Below are positions 25,901 to 40,600 of a stretch of 64,000 bases of DNA, one piece after another; the stretch's first letter is position 1, and the number at the start of each line of letters is the position of its first letter. Both the position numbers and the translations under genes were made by a program. This DNA is from Eledone cirrhosa (lineage: Eukaryota): positions 13,950,001 through 14,014,000 of the forward strand of contig OZ024742.1 in the NCBI GenBank assembly GCA_964016885.1, in the 5' to 3' direction. The notes beneath the pieces were generated by a model that did not search any database, was not told the DNA's origin, and saw nothing but the letters and a program-made list of their open reading frames with translations.

Positions 25901-28900
25901 CTAACCCAAGAAGTGACGACCTGACCTAGTCTAGCCTCAATCTGAGACCTAACCCAAGAAGTGACCACCTGACCTAGTCTAGCCTCAATGTGAGACCTAA
26001 CCCTAGAAGTGACCACCTGACCTAGTCTAGTTTCAATGTGAGACCTAACCCTAAAAGTGACCACCTGACCTAGTCTAGCCTCAATGTGAGACCATCTAAC
26101 CCTAGAAGTCACCACCTTACCTAGTCTAGTCTCAATGTGAGACCTAACCCTAGAAGTGACCAGCTGACCTAGTCTAGCCTCAATGTGAGACTTCTAACCC
26201 TAGAAGTGACAACCTGACCTAGTGTAAACTGAATGTGAGACCTAACCCAAGAAGTGACCACCTGACCTAGTCTAGCCTCAATGTGAGACGATCTAACCCA
26301 AGAAATGACCACCTGAACTAGTGTAACCTCAATGAGACCTAACCCTAGAAGTGACAACCTAACCTAGTCTAGCCTCAATGTGAGACCTAACCCTAGTACT
26401 GACCACCTGACCTAGTCTAGCCTCAACGTGAGACCTAACCCTAGAAGTGACCACCTGACCTAATCTAGCCTCAGTGTGAGACTATCTAACCCAAGAAGTG
26501 ACCACCTGACCTAGTCTAGCCTCAATGTGAGACCATCTAACCCTAGAAGTGACCACCTGACCTAGTCTAGCCTCAATGTGAGACTTCTAACCCTAGAAGT
26601 GACAACCTGACCTAGTGTAAACTCAATGTGAAACCTAACCCAAGAAGTGACCACCTGACCTAGTCTAGCCTCAATGTGAGACGATCTAACCCAAGAAGTG
26701 ACCACCTGACCTAGTGTAACCTCAATGAGACCTTCTTACCCTAGAAGTGACCATCTGACCTAGTCTAGCCTCAATGTGAGACCTAATCCTAGAAGTGACC
26801 ACCTGACCTCGTCTATCCATAATGTGAGACTATCTAACCCAAGAAGTGACCACCTGACCTAGTCTAGCCTCAATGTGAGACTTCTAACCCAAGAAGTGAC
26901 CACCTGACCTGGTGTTACCTCAATGTGAGACCCTCTAACCCTAGAAGAGACCACCTTACCTAGTCTAGCCTCAATGTGAGACCTAACCCTAGAAGTGACC
27001 ACCTGACCTAGTCTAGCCTCAATGTGAGACATAACCCTAGAAGTGACCACCTGACCTAGTCTAGCTTCAATGTGAGATCTAACCCTAGAAGTGACCACCT
27101 GGCCTAGTCTAGCCTCAATGTGAGACCTAACCCTAGAAGTGACCACCTGACCTAGTCTAGCCTCAATGTGTGACCTAACCCTAGAAGTGACCACCTGACC
27201 TAGTCTAGCCTCAACGTGAGACCATCTAACCCAAGAAGTGACCACCTGACCTAGTCTAGCCTCAATGTGAGACCTAAGCCGAGAAGTCAGCAAGACCTAG
27301 TCTAGCCCTGGAAGTGATCACCTGACCTAGTCTAGCCTCAATGTGAGACTTCTAACCCTAGAAGTGACCACCTGACCTAGTCTAGCCTCAATGTGAGACC
27401 TTCTAAACCTAGAAGTGACCACCTGACGTAGTGTAACCTTAATGTGAGAGCTTCTAACCCAATAAGTGACCACCTGACCTAGTTTAACCTCAATGTGAGA
27501 CTTCTAACCATAGAAGTGACCACCTGACCTAGTCTAGCCTCAGTGTGAGATGATCTAACCCAAGAAGTGACCACCTGACCTAGTGTAACCTCAATGAGAC
27601 CTAACCCTAGAAGTGACCACCTGACCTAGTCTAGCCTCAATGTGAGACCTTCTAACCTTAGAAGTGACCACCTGACCTAATCTAGTCTCAATGTGAGACT
27701 ATCTAACCCAAGAAGTGACCAGGTGACCTAGTCTAGCCTCAATGTGAGACTTCTAACCCTAGAAGTGATAACCTGACCTAGTGTAAACTGAATGTGAGAC
27801 CTAACCCAAGAATTGACCACCTGACCTAGTCTAGCCTCAATGTGAGATGATCTAACCCAAGAAGTGACCACCTGACCTAGTGTAACCTCAATGAGACCTA
27901 ACCCTAGAAGTGACCACCTGACCTAGTCTAGCCTCAATGTGAGATCTTCTAACCCTTGAAGTGACCACCTGACCTAGTCTAGCCTCATTGTGAGACCTAA
28001 TCCAAGATGTGACCACCTAAACTAGTCTAACCTCAATGTGAGACCTTCTAACCTTAGCAGTGACCACCTGACCTAGTCTAGCCTCAATGTGAGACCTAAC
28101 CCTAGAAGTGACCACCTGACCTAGTCTAGTTTCAATGTGAGACCTAACCCTAAAAGTGACCACCTGACCTAGTCTAGCCTCAATGTGAGACCATCTAACC
28201 CTAGAAGTCACCACCTTACCTAGTCTAGTCTCAATGTGAGACCTAACCCTAGAAGTGACCAGCTGACCTAGTCTAGCCTCAATGTGAGACTTCTAACCCT
28301 AGAAGTGACAACCTGACCTAGTGTAAACTGAATGTGAGACCTAACCCAAGAAGTGACCACCTGACCTAGTCTAGCCTCAATGTGAGACGATCTAACCCAA
28401 GAAATGACCACCTGAACTAGTGTAACCTCAATGAGACCTAACCCTAGAAGTGACAACCTAACCTAGTCTAGCCTCAATGTGAGACCTAACCCTAGTACTG
28501 ACCACCTGACCTAGTCTAGCCTCAACGTGAGACCTAACCCTAGAAGTGACCACCTGACCTAATCTAGCCTCAGTGTGAGACTATCTAACCCAAGAAGTGA
28601 CCACCTGACCTAGTCTAGCCTCAATGTGAGACCATCTAACCCTAGAAGTGACCACCTGACCTAGTCTAGCCTCAATGTGAGACTTCTAACCCTAGAAGTG
28701 ACAACCTGACCTAGTGTAAACTCAATGTGAAACCTAACCCAAGAAGTGACCACCTGACCTAGTCTAGCCTCAATGTGAGACGATCTAACCCAAGAAGTGA
28801 CCACCTGACCTAGTGTAACCTCAATGAGACCTTCTTACCCTAGAAGTGACCATCTGACCTAGTCTAGCCTCAATGTGAGACCTAATCCTAGAAGTGACCA

Positions 28901-31900
28901 CCTGACCTCGTCTATCCATAATGTGAGACTATCTAACCCAAGAAGTGACCACCTGACCTAGTCTAGCCTCAATGTGAGACTTCTAACCCAAGAAGTGACC
29001 ACCTGACCTGGTGTTACCTCAATGTGAGACCCTCTAACCCTAGAAGAGACCACCTTACCTAGTCTAGCCTCAATGTGAGACCTAACCCTAGAAGTGACCA
29101 CCTGACCTAGTCTAGCCTCAATGTGAGACATAACCCTAGAAGTGACCACCTGACCTAGTCTAGCTTCAATGTGAGATCTAACCCTAGAAGTGACCACCTG
29201 GCCTAGTCTAGCCTCAATGTGAGACCTAACCCTAGAAGTGACCACCTGACCTAGTCTAGCCTCAATGTGTGACCTAACCCTAGAAGTGACCACCTGACCT
29301 AGTCTAGCCTCAACGTGAGACCATCTAACCCAAGAAGTGACCACCTGACCTAGTCTAGCCTCAATGTGAGACCTAAGCCGAGAAGTCAGCAAGACCTAGT
29401 CTAGCCCTGGAAGTGATCACCTGACCTAGTCTAGCCTCAATGTGAGACTTCTAACCCTAGAAGTGACCACCTGACCTAGTCTAGCCTCAATGTGAGACCT
29501 TCTAAACCTAGAAGTGACCACCTGACGTAGTGTAACCTTAATGTGAGAGCTTCTAACCCAATAAGTGACCACCTGACCTAGTTTAACCTCAATGTGAGAC
29601 TTCTAACCATAGAAGTGACCACCTGACCTAGTCTAGCCTCAATGTGAGATGATCTAACCCAAGAAGTGACCACCTGACCTAGTGTAACCTCAATGAGACC
29701 TAACCCTAGAAGTGACCACCTGACCTAGTCTAGCCTCAATGTGAGACCTTCTAACCTTAGAAGTGACCACCTGACCTAATCTAGTCTCAATGTGAGACTA
29801 TCTAACCCAAGAAGTGACCAGGTGACCTAGTCTAGCCTCAATGTGAGACTTCTAACCCTAGAAGTGATAACCTGACCTAGTGTAAACTGAATGTGAGACC
29901 TAACCCAAGAATTGACCACCTGACCTAGTCTAGCCTCAATGTGAGATGATCTAACCCAAGAAGTGACCACCTGACCTAGTGTAACCTCAATGAGACCTAA
30001 CCCTAGAAGTGACCACCTGACCTAGTCTAGCCTCAATGTGAGATCTTCTAACCCTTGAAGTGACCACCTGACCTAGTCTAGCCTCATTGTGAGACCTAAT
30101 CCAAGATGTGACCACCTAAACTAGTCTAACCTCAATGTGAGACCTTCTAACCTTAGCAGTGACCACCTGACCTAGTCTAGCCTCAATGTGAGACCTAACC
30201 CTAGAAGTGACCACCTGACTTAGTCTAGCCTCAATGTGAGACCTAACCCTTGAAGTGACCACCTGACCTAGTCTAGCCTCAATGTGAGACTATCTAACCC
30301 AAGAAGTGACCACCTGACCTAGTCTAGCATCAATTTGAGACTAGCTAACCCAAGAAGTGACCACCTGACGTAGTGTAACCTCAATGTGAGACCTAACCCT
30401 AGTAGTGACCACCTGACCTAGTCTAGCCTCAATGTGAGACCTAACCCTAGAAGTGACCACCTGACCTAGTCAAGCTTCAATGTGTGACCTAACCCTAGAA
30501 GTGACCACCTGACTTAGTCTAGCCTCAATGTGAGACCTAAACCTAGAAGTGACCACCTGACCTAGTCTAGCCTCAATGTGACACTATCTAACCCAAGAAG
30601 TGACCACCTGACCTAGTCTAGCCTCAATCTGAGACCTAACCCAAGAAGTGACCACCTGATCTAGTGTAACCTCAATCTGAGACCTAACCCTAGAAGTGAC
30701 CACCTGACCTAGTTTAGCCTCAATGTGACACCTTCAAGCCCTAGAAGTGACCACCTGACCTACTTTAGCCTCAATGTGAGACCATCTAACCCTAGAAGTG
30801 ACCACCTGACCTAGTTTATGTTCGATGTGAGACCTAACCCTAGAAGTGACCACCTGACCTAGTCTAGCCTCCAATGTGAGACCTTCTAACCCTAGAAGTG
30901 ACCACCTGACCTAGTCTAGCCTCAATGTGAGACCTAACCCTAGAAGTGACCACCTGACCTAGTCTAGCCTCAATATGAGACCTAACCCTAGAAGTGACCA
31001 CCTGACCTAATCTAGTTTCAATGTGAGACCTAACCCTAAAAGTGACCACCTGACCTAGTCTAGCCTCAATGTGAGACCATCTAACCCTAAAAGTGACCAC
31101 CTGACCTAGTCTAGCCTCAATGTGAGACTTCTAACCCTAGAAGTGACAACCTGACCTAGTCTAGCCTCAATGTGAGACGATCTAACCCAAGAAGTGACCA
31201 CCTGATCTAGTGTAACCTCAATGAGACCTAACCCTAGAAGTGACCATCTGACCTAGTCTAGCCTCAATGTGAGACCTAACCCTAGAAGTGACCACCTGAC
31301 CTCGTCTATCCATAATGTGAGACTATCTAACCCAAGAAGTGACCACCTGACCTAGTCTAGCCTTAATGTAAGACTTCTAACCCAAGAAGTGACCACCTGA
31401 CCTAGTGTAACCTCAATGTGAGACCCTCTAACCCTAGAAGTGACCACCTTACCTAGTCTAGCCTCAATGTGAGACCTAACCCTAGAAGTGACCACCTGAC
31501 CTAGTGTAACCTCAATGTGAGACCTAACCCTAGAAGTGACCACCTGACCTAGTCTAGCCTCAATCTGAGACCTAACCCAAGAAGTGACCACCTGACCTAG
31601 TGTAACCTCAATCTGAGACCTAACCCTAGAAGTGACCACCTGACCTAGTTTAGCCTCAATGTGACCCCTTCAAACCCTAGAAGTGACCACCTGACCTAGT
31701 CTAGGTTCGATGTGAGACCTAACCCTAGAAGTGACCACCTGACCTAGTCTAGCCTCCAATGTGAGACCTTCTAACCCAAGAAGTGACCACCTGACCTAGT
31801 GTAACCTCAATGTGAGACCCTCTAACCCTAGAAGTGACCACCTTACCTAGTCTAGCCTCAATGTGAGACCTAACCCTAGAAGTGACCACCTGACCTAGTG

Positions 31901-34900
31901 TAACCTCAATGTGAGACCTAACCCTAGAAGTGACCACCTGACCTAGTCTAGCCTCAATGTTAGACTATCTAACCCAAGAAGTGACGACCTGACCTAGTCT
32001 AGCCTCAATCTGAGACCTAACCCAAGAAGTGACCACCTGACCTAGTCTAGCCTCAATGTGAGACCTAACCCTAGAAGTGACCACCTGACCTAGTCTAGTT
32101 TCAATGTGAGACCTAACCCTAAAAGTGACCACCTGACCTAGTCTAGCCTCAATGTGAGACCATCTAACCCTAGAAGTCACCACCTTACCTAGTCTAGTCT
32201 CAATGTGAGACCTAACCCTAGAAGTGACCAGCTGACCTAGTCTAGCCTCAATGTGAGACTTCTAACCCTAGAAGTGACAACCTGACCTAGTGTAAACTGA
32301 ATGTGAGACCTAACCCAAGAAGTGACCACCTGACCTAGTCTAGCCTCAATGTGAGACGATCTAACCCAAGAAATGACCACCTGAACTAGTGTAACCTCAA
32401 TGAGACCTAACCCTAGAAGTGACAACCTAACCTAGTCTAGCCTCAATGTGAGACCTAACCCTAGTACTGACCACCTGACCTAGTCTAGCCTCAACGTGAG
32501 ACCTAACCCTAGAAGTGACCACCTGACCTAATCTAGCCTCAGTGTGAGACTATCTAACCCAAGAAGTGACCACCTGACCTAGTCTAGCCTCAATGTGAGA
32601 CCATCTAACCCTAGAAGAGACCACCTGACCTAGTCTAACCTCAATGTGAGACCTCTAACCCTAGAAGTGACCAGCTGACCTTGTCTAGCCTCAATGTGAG
32701 ACTATCTAACCCAAGAAGTGACCACCTGACCTAGTCTAGCCTCAATCTGAGACCTAACCCAAGAAGTGACCACCTGACCTAGTGTAACCTCAATCTGAGA
32801 CCTAACCCTAGAAGTGACCACCTGACCTAGTGTAACCTCAATCTGAGACCTAACCCTAGAAGTGACCACCTGACCTAGTCTAGCCTCAATGTGAGACTAT
32901 CTAACCCAAGAAGTGACCATCTGACCTAGTCTAGCCTCAATCTGAGACCTAACCCAAGAAGTGACCACCTGACCTAGTGTAACCTCAATCTGAGACCTAA
33001 CCCTAGAAGTGACCACCTGACCTAGTTTAGCCACAATGTGACCCCTTCAAACCCTAGAAGTGACCACCTGACCTAGTCTAGGTTCGATGTGAGACCTAAC
33101 CCTAGAAGTGACCACCTGACCTCGTCTATCCATAATCTGAGACTATCTAACCCAAGAAGTGACCACCTGACCTAGTGTAACCTCAATGTGAGACCCTCTA
33201 ACCCTAGAAGTGACCACCTTACCTAGTCTAGCCTCAATGTGAGACCTAACCCTAGAAGTGACCACCTGACCTAGTGTAACCTCAATGTGAGACCGAACCC
33301 GAGAAGTGACCACCTGACCTACTCTAGCCTCAATGTGAGACTATCTAACCCAAGAAGTCACCACCTGACCTAGTCTAGCCTCAATCTGAGACCTAACCCA
33401 AGAAGTGACCACCTGACCTAGTGTAACCTCAATCTGAGACCTAACCCTAGAAGTGACCACCTGACCTAGTCTAGGTTCGATGTGAGACCTAACCCTAGAA
33501 GTGACCACCTGACCTAGTCTAGCCTCCAATGTGAGACCTAACCCTAGAAGTGACAACCTGACCTAGTGTAAACTGAATGTGAGACCTAACCCAAGAAGTG
33601 ACCACCTGACCTAGTCTAGCCTCAATGTGAGACGATCTAACCCAAGAAGTGACCACCTGAACTAGTGTAACCTCAATGAGACCTAACCCTAGAAGTGACA
33701 ACCTGACCTAGTCTAGCCTCAATGTGAGACCTAACCCTAGTAGTGACCACCTGACCTAGTCTAGCCTCAACGTGAGACCTAACCCTAGAAGTGACCACCT
33801 GACCTAATCTAGCCTCAATGTGAGACTATCTAACCCAAGAAGTGACCACCTGGCCTAGTCTAGCCTCAATGTGAGACCATCTAGCCCTAGAAGAGACTAC
33901 CTGACCTAGTCTAACCTCAATGTGAGACCTCTAACCCTAGAAGTGACCAGCTGACCTTGTCTAGCCTCAATGTTTGACCTTCTATCCCTAGAAGTGACCA
34001 CCTGACCTAGTCTAGCCTCAATGTGAGATAATCTAACGCAAGAAGTGAACACCTGACCTAGTGTAACCTCAATGTGAGACCTAACCCAAGAAGTGACCAG
34101 CTGACCTAGTCTAGCCTCAATGTGAGACTTCTAACCCTAGAAGTGACAACCTGACCGAGTGTAAACTGAATGTGAGACCTAACCCAAGAAGTAACCACCT
34201 GAACTAGTGTAAACTCAATGAGACCTAACCCTAGAAGTGACAACCTGACCTAGTCTAGCCTCAATGTGAGACCTAACCCTAGCAGTGACCACCTGACCTA
34301 GTCTAGCCTCAACGTGAGACCTAACCCTAGAAGTGACCACCTGACCTAATCTAGCCTCAATGTGAGACTCTCTAACCCAAGAAGTGACCACCTGACCTAG
34401 TCTAGCCTCAATGTGAGACCATCTAACCCTAGAAGTGACCACCTGACCTAGTCTAACCTCAATGTGAGACCTCTAACCCTAGAAGTGACCAGCTGACCTT
34501 GTCTAGCCTCAATGTTTGACCTATCCCTAGAAGTGACCACCTGACCTAGTCTAGCCTCAATGTGAGATAATCTAGCGCAAGAAGTGACCACCTGACCTAG
34601 TCTAGCCTCAATGTGAGACGATCTAACCCAAGAAGTGACCACCTGAACTAGTGTAACCTCAATGAGACCTAACCCTAGAAGTGACAACCTGACCTAGTCT
34701 AGCCTCAATGTGAGACCTAACCCTAGTAGTGACCACCTGACCTAGTCTAGCCTCAACGTGAGACCTAACCCTAGAAGTGACCACCTGACCTAATCTAGCC
34801 TCAATGTGAGACTATCTAACCCAAGAAGTGACCACCTGGCCTAGTCTAGCCTCAATGTGAGACCATCTAACCCTAGAAGAGACCACCTGACCTAGTCTAA

Positions 34901-37624
34901 CCTCAATGTGAGACCTAACCCTAGAAGTGACCAGCTGACCTAGTCTAGCCTCAATGTGAGACTTCTAACCCTAGAAGTGACAACCTGACCGAGTGTAAAC
35001 TGAATGTGAGACCTAACCCAAGAAGTAACCACCTGACCTAGTCTAGCCTCCATGTGAGACCTAATCCTAGAAGTGACCACCTGACCTAGTCTAGCCTCAA
35101 TGTGAGACCTAACCCTAGAAGTGATCAGCTGACCTAGTCTAGCCTCAATGTGTGACCTATCCCTAGAAGTGACCACCTGACCTAGTGTAACCTAACTCTA
35201 GAAGTGACCAACTGACCTAGTCTAGCCTAAATGTGAGACCTAACCCTAGAAGTGACCACCTGACCTAGTCTAGCCTCAATGTGAGACCATCTAACGCAAG
35301 AAGTGACCACCTGACCTAGTGTAACCTCAATGTGAGACATAACCCTAGAAGTGACCACCTGACCTAGTCTAACCTCAATGTGTGACCTTTTAACCCTAGA
35401 AGTGACCACCTCACCTAGTCTAGCCTCAATGTGAGACCTAACCCTAGATGTGACCACCTGACCTAGTCTAGCCTCAATGTGAGATTTCTAACCCTAGAAG
35501 TGACAACCTGACCAAGTGTAAACTGAATGAGACCTACTAACCCAAGAAGTGACCACCTGACCTAGTCTAGCCTCAATGTGAGACCTAACCCTAGAAGTGA
35601 CCACCTGACCTAGTCTGGCCTCAATGTGAGACCTAACCCTAGAAGTGACCACCTCACCTAGTCTAACCTCAATGTGAGACCTCTAACCCTAGAAGTGACC
35701 AGCTGACCTTGTCTAGCCTCAAGGTGTGACTTATCCCTAGAAGTGACCACCTGACCTAGTGTAACCTAAACCTAGAAGTGACCACCTGACCTTGTGTAGC
35801 CTCACTGAGACCATCTAACGCAAGGAGTGACCACCTGACCTAGTGTAACCTCAATGTGAGACCTAACCCTAGAAGTGACCACCTTACCTAGTCTAGTCTC
35901 AATGTGAGACCTAACCCTAGAGGTGACCACCTGACCTAGTCTAGCCTCAATATGAGATCTTACTCTAGAAGTGACCACCTGACGTAGTCTAGCCTCAATG
36001 TGAGACCTAACCTTAGCTGTGACCACCTGACCTAATCTAGTCTCAATGTGAGACTATCTAACCCAAGAAGTGACCAGCTGACCTAGTCTAGCTTCAATGT
36101 GAGACCTCTAACCCTAGAAGTGACCAGCTGACCTTGTCTAGCCTCACTGAGACCATCTAACGCAAGGAGTGACCACCTGACCTAGTGTAACCTTCTAACC
36201 CTAGAAGTGACCACCTTACCTAGTCTAGTCTCAATGTGAGACCTAACCCTAGAAGTGACCACCTGACCTAGTCTAGCCTCAATGTGAGATCTTACTCTAG
36301 AAGTGACCACCTGACCTAGTCTAGCCTCAATCTGAGACCTAACCCAAGAAGTGACCACCTGACCTAGTGTAACCTCAATCTGAGACCTAACCCTAGAAGT
36401 GACCACCTGACCTAGTTTAGCCTCAATGTGACCCCTTCAAACACTAGAAGTGACCACCTGACCTAGTCTAGGTTCGATGTGAGACCTAACCCTAGAAGTG
36501 ACCACCTGACCTAGTCTAGCCTCCAATGTGAGACCTAACCCTAGAAGTGACCACCTGGCCTAGTCTAGCCTCAATGTGAGACCTAACCCTAGAAGTGACC
36601 ACCTGACCTAGTCTAGCCTCAATGTGAGACCTAACCCTAGAAGTGACCACCTGACCTAGTCTAGTTTCAATGTGAGACCTAACCCTAAAAGTGACCACCT
36701 GACCTAGTCTAGCCTCAATGTGAGACCATCTAACCCTAGAAGTGACCACCTTACCTAGTCTAGTCTCAATGTGAGACCTAACCCTAGAAGTGACCAGCTG
36801 ACCTAGTCTAGCCTCAATGTGAGACTTCTAACCCTAGAAGTGACAACCTGACCTAGTGTAAACTGAATGTGAGACCTAACCCAAGAAGTGACCACCTGAT
36901 TTAGTCTAGCCTCAATGTGAGACGATCTAACCCAAGAAGTGACCACCTGAACTAGTGTAACCTCAATGAGACCTAACCCTAGAAGTGACAACCTGACCTA
37001 GTCTAGCCTCAATGTGAGACCTAACCCTAGTAGTGACCACCTGACCTAGTCTAGCCTCAACGTGAGACCTAACCCTAGAAGTGACCACCTGACCTAATCT
37101 AGCCTCAGTGTGAGACTATCTAACCCAAGAAGTGACCACCTGACCTAGTCTAGCCTCAATGTGAGACCATCTAACCCTAGAAGTGACCACCTGACCTAGT
37201 CTAGCCTCCAATGTGAGACCTAACCCTAGAAGTGACCAGCTGGCCTAGTCTAGCCTCAATGTGAGACCTAACCCTAGAAGTGACCACCTGACCTAGTCTA
37301 GCCTCAATGTGTGACCTATCCCTAGAAGTGACCACCTGACCTAGTGTAACCTAACTCTAGAAGTGACCAACTGACCTAGTCTAGCCTAAATGTGAGACCT
37401 AACCCTAGAAGTGACCACCTGACCTAGTCTAGCCTCAATGTGAGACCATCTAACGCAAGAAGTGACCACCTGACCTAGTGTAACCTCAATGTGAGACATA
37501 ACCCTAGATGTGACCACCTGACCTAGTCTAACCTCAATGTGTGACCTTTTAACCCTAGAAGTGACCACCTCACCTAGTCTAGCCTCAATGTGAGACCTAA
37601 CCCTAGAAGTGACCACCTGACCTA
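16901..37624. repeat. Copy 2 (20,724 bp) of the large duplication, equal to copy 1 plus one 48-bp monomer plus one extra 6,068-bp unit
   Basis: 14,608 + 48 + 6,068 = 20,724. A hybrid junction monomer sits at 16891-16912. Confidence 0.9.
17665..32615. repeat. Region with exact 6,068-bp periodicity (about 2.5 periods)
   Basis: Offsets 18728->24796->30864, 19216->25284->31352 and 20791->26859 are 6,068. The rare AAGCTT falls at 18336, 24404 and 30472. Confidence 0.9.
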
Positions 37625-40600
37625 GTCTGGCCTCAATGTGAGACCTAACCCTAGAAGTGACCACCTCACCTAGTCTAACCTCAATGTGAGACCTCTAACC
37701 CTAGAAGTGACCAGCTGACCTTGTCTAGCCTCAAGGTGTGACTTATCCCTAGAAGTGACCACCTGACCTAGTGTAACCTAAACCTAGAAGTGACCACCTG
37801 ACCTTGTGTAGCCTCACTGAGACTATCTAACGCAAGGAGTGACCACCTGACCTAGTGTAACCTCAATGTGAGACCTTCTAACCCTAGAAGTGACCACCTT
37901 ACCTAGTCTAGTCTCAATGTGAGACCTAACCCTATAGGTGACCACCTGACCTAGTCTAGCCTCAATATGAGATCTTACTCTAGAAGTGACCACCTGACGT
38001 AGTCTAGCCTCAATGTGAGACCTAACCTTAGCTGTGACCACCTGACCTAATCTAGTCTCAATGTGAGACTATCTAACCCAAGAAGTGACCAGCTGACCTA
38101 GTCTAGCTTCAATGTGAGACCTCTAACCCTAGAAGTGACCAGCTGACCTTGTCTAGCCTCACTGAGACCATCTAACGCAAGGAGTGACCACCTGACCTAG
38201 TGTAACCTTCTAACCCTAGAAGTGACCACCTTACCTAGTCTAGTCTCAATGTGAGACCTAACCCTAGAAGTGACCACCTGACCTAGTCTAGCCTCAATGT
38301 GAGATCTTACTCTAGAAGTGACCACCTGACCTAGTCTAGCCTCAATCTGAGACCTAACCCAAGAAGTGACCACCTGACCTAGTGTAACCTCAATCTGAGA
38401 CCTAACCCTAGAAGTGACCACCTGACCTAGTTTAGCCTCAATGTGACCCCTTCAAACCCTAGAAGTGACCACCTGACCTAGTCTAGGTTCGATGTGAGAC
38501 CTAACCCTAGAAGTGACCACCTGACCTAGTCTAGCCTCCAATGTGAGACCTAACCCTAGAAGTGACCACCTGGCCTAGTCTAGCCTCAATGTGAGACCTA
38601 ACCCTAGAAGTGACCACCTGACCTAGTCTAGCCTCAATGTGAGACCTAACCCTAGAAGTGACCACCTGACCTAGTCTAGTTTCAATGTGAGACCTAACCC
38701 TAAAAGTGACCACCTGACCTAGTCTAGCCTCAATGTGAGACCATCTAACCCTAGAAGTGACCACCTTACCTAGTCTAGTCTCAATGTGAGACCTAACCCT
38801 AGAAGTGACCAGCTGACCTAGTCTAGCCTCAATGTGAGACTTCTAACCCTAGAAGTGACAACCTGACCTAGTGTAAACTGAATGTGAGACCTAACCCAAG
38901 AAGTGACCACCTGATTTAGTCTAGCCTCAATGTGAGACGATCTAACCCAAGAAGTGACCACCTGAACTAGTGTAACCTCAATGAGACCTAACCCTAGAAG
39001 TGACAACCTGACCTAGTCTAGCCTCAATGTGAGACCTAACCCTAGTAGTGACCACCTGACCTAGTCTAGCCTCAACGTGAGACCTAACCCTAGAAGTGAC
39101 CACCTGACCTAATCTAGCCTCAGTGTGAGACTATCTAACCCAAGAAGTGACCACCTGACCTAGTCTAGCCTCAATGTGAGACCATCTAACCCTAGAAGTG
39201 ACCACCTGACCTAGTCTAGCCTCCAATGTGAGACCTAACCCTAGAAGTGACCAGCTGGCCTAGTCTAGCCTCAATGTGAGACCTAACCCTAGAAGTGACC
39301 ACCTGACCTAGTCTAGCCTCAATGTGTGACCTATCCCTAGAAGTGACCACCTGACCTAGTGTAACCTAACTCTAGAAGTGACCAACTGACCTAGTCTAGC
39401 CTAAATGTGAGACCTAACCCTAGAAGTGACCACCTGACCTAGTCTAGCCTCAATGTGAGACCATCTAACGCAAGAAGTGACCACCTGACCTAGTGTAACC
39501 TCAATGTGAGACATAACCCTAGAAGTGACCACCTGACCTAGTCTAACCTCAATGTGTGACCTTTTAACCCTAGAAGTGACCACCTCACCTAGTCTAGCCT
39601 CAATGTGAGACCTAACCCTAGAAGTGACCACCTGACCTAGTCTGGCCTCAATGTGAGACCTAACTCTAGAAGTGACCACCTCACCTAGTCTAACCTCAAT
39701 GTGAGACCTCTAACCCTAGAAGTGACCAGCTGACCTTGTCTAGCCTCAAGGTATGACTTATCCCTAGAAGTGACCACCTGACCTAGTGTAACCTAAACCT
39801 AGAAGTGACCACCTGACCTTGTGTAGCCTCACTGAGACTATCTAACGCAAGGAGTGACCACCTGACCTAGTGTAACCTCAATGTGAGACCTTCTAACCCT
39901 AGAAGTGACCACCTTACCTAGTCTAGTCTCAATGTGAGACCTAACCCTAGAGGTGACCACCTGACCTAGTCTAGCCTCAATATGAGATCTTACTCTAGAA
40001 GTGACCACCTGACGTAGTCTAGCCTCAATGTGAGACCTAACCTTAGCTGTGACCACCTGACCTAATCTAGTCTCAATGTGAGACTATCTAACCCAAGAAG
40101 TGACCAGCTGACCTAGTCTAGCTTCAATGTGAGACCTCTAACCCTAGAAGTGACCAGCTGACCTTGTCTAGCCTCACTGAGACCATCTAACGCAAGGAGT
40201 GACCACCTGACCTAGTGTAACCTTCTAACCCTAGAAGTGACCACCTTACCTAGTCTAGTCTCAATGTGAGACCTAACCCTAGAAGTGACCACCTGACCTA
40301 GTCTAGCCTCAATGTGAGATCTTACTCTAGAAGTGACCACCTGACCTAGTCTAGCCTCAATCTGAGACCTAACCCAAGAAGTGACCACCTGACCTAGTGT
40401 AACCTCAATCTGAGACCTAACCCTAGAAGTGACCACCTGACCTAGTTTAGCCTCAATGTGACCCCTTCAAACCCTAGAAGTGACCACCTGACCTAGTCTA
40501 GGTTCGATGTGAGACCTAACCCTAGAAGTGACCACCTGACCTAGTCTAGCCTCCAATGTGAGACCTAACCCTAGAAGTGACCACCTGGCCTAGTCTAGCC

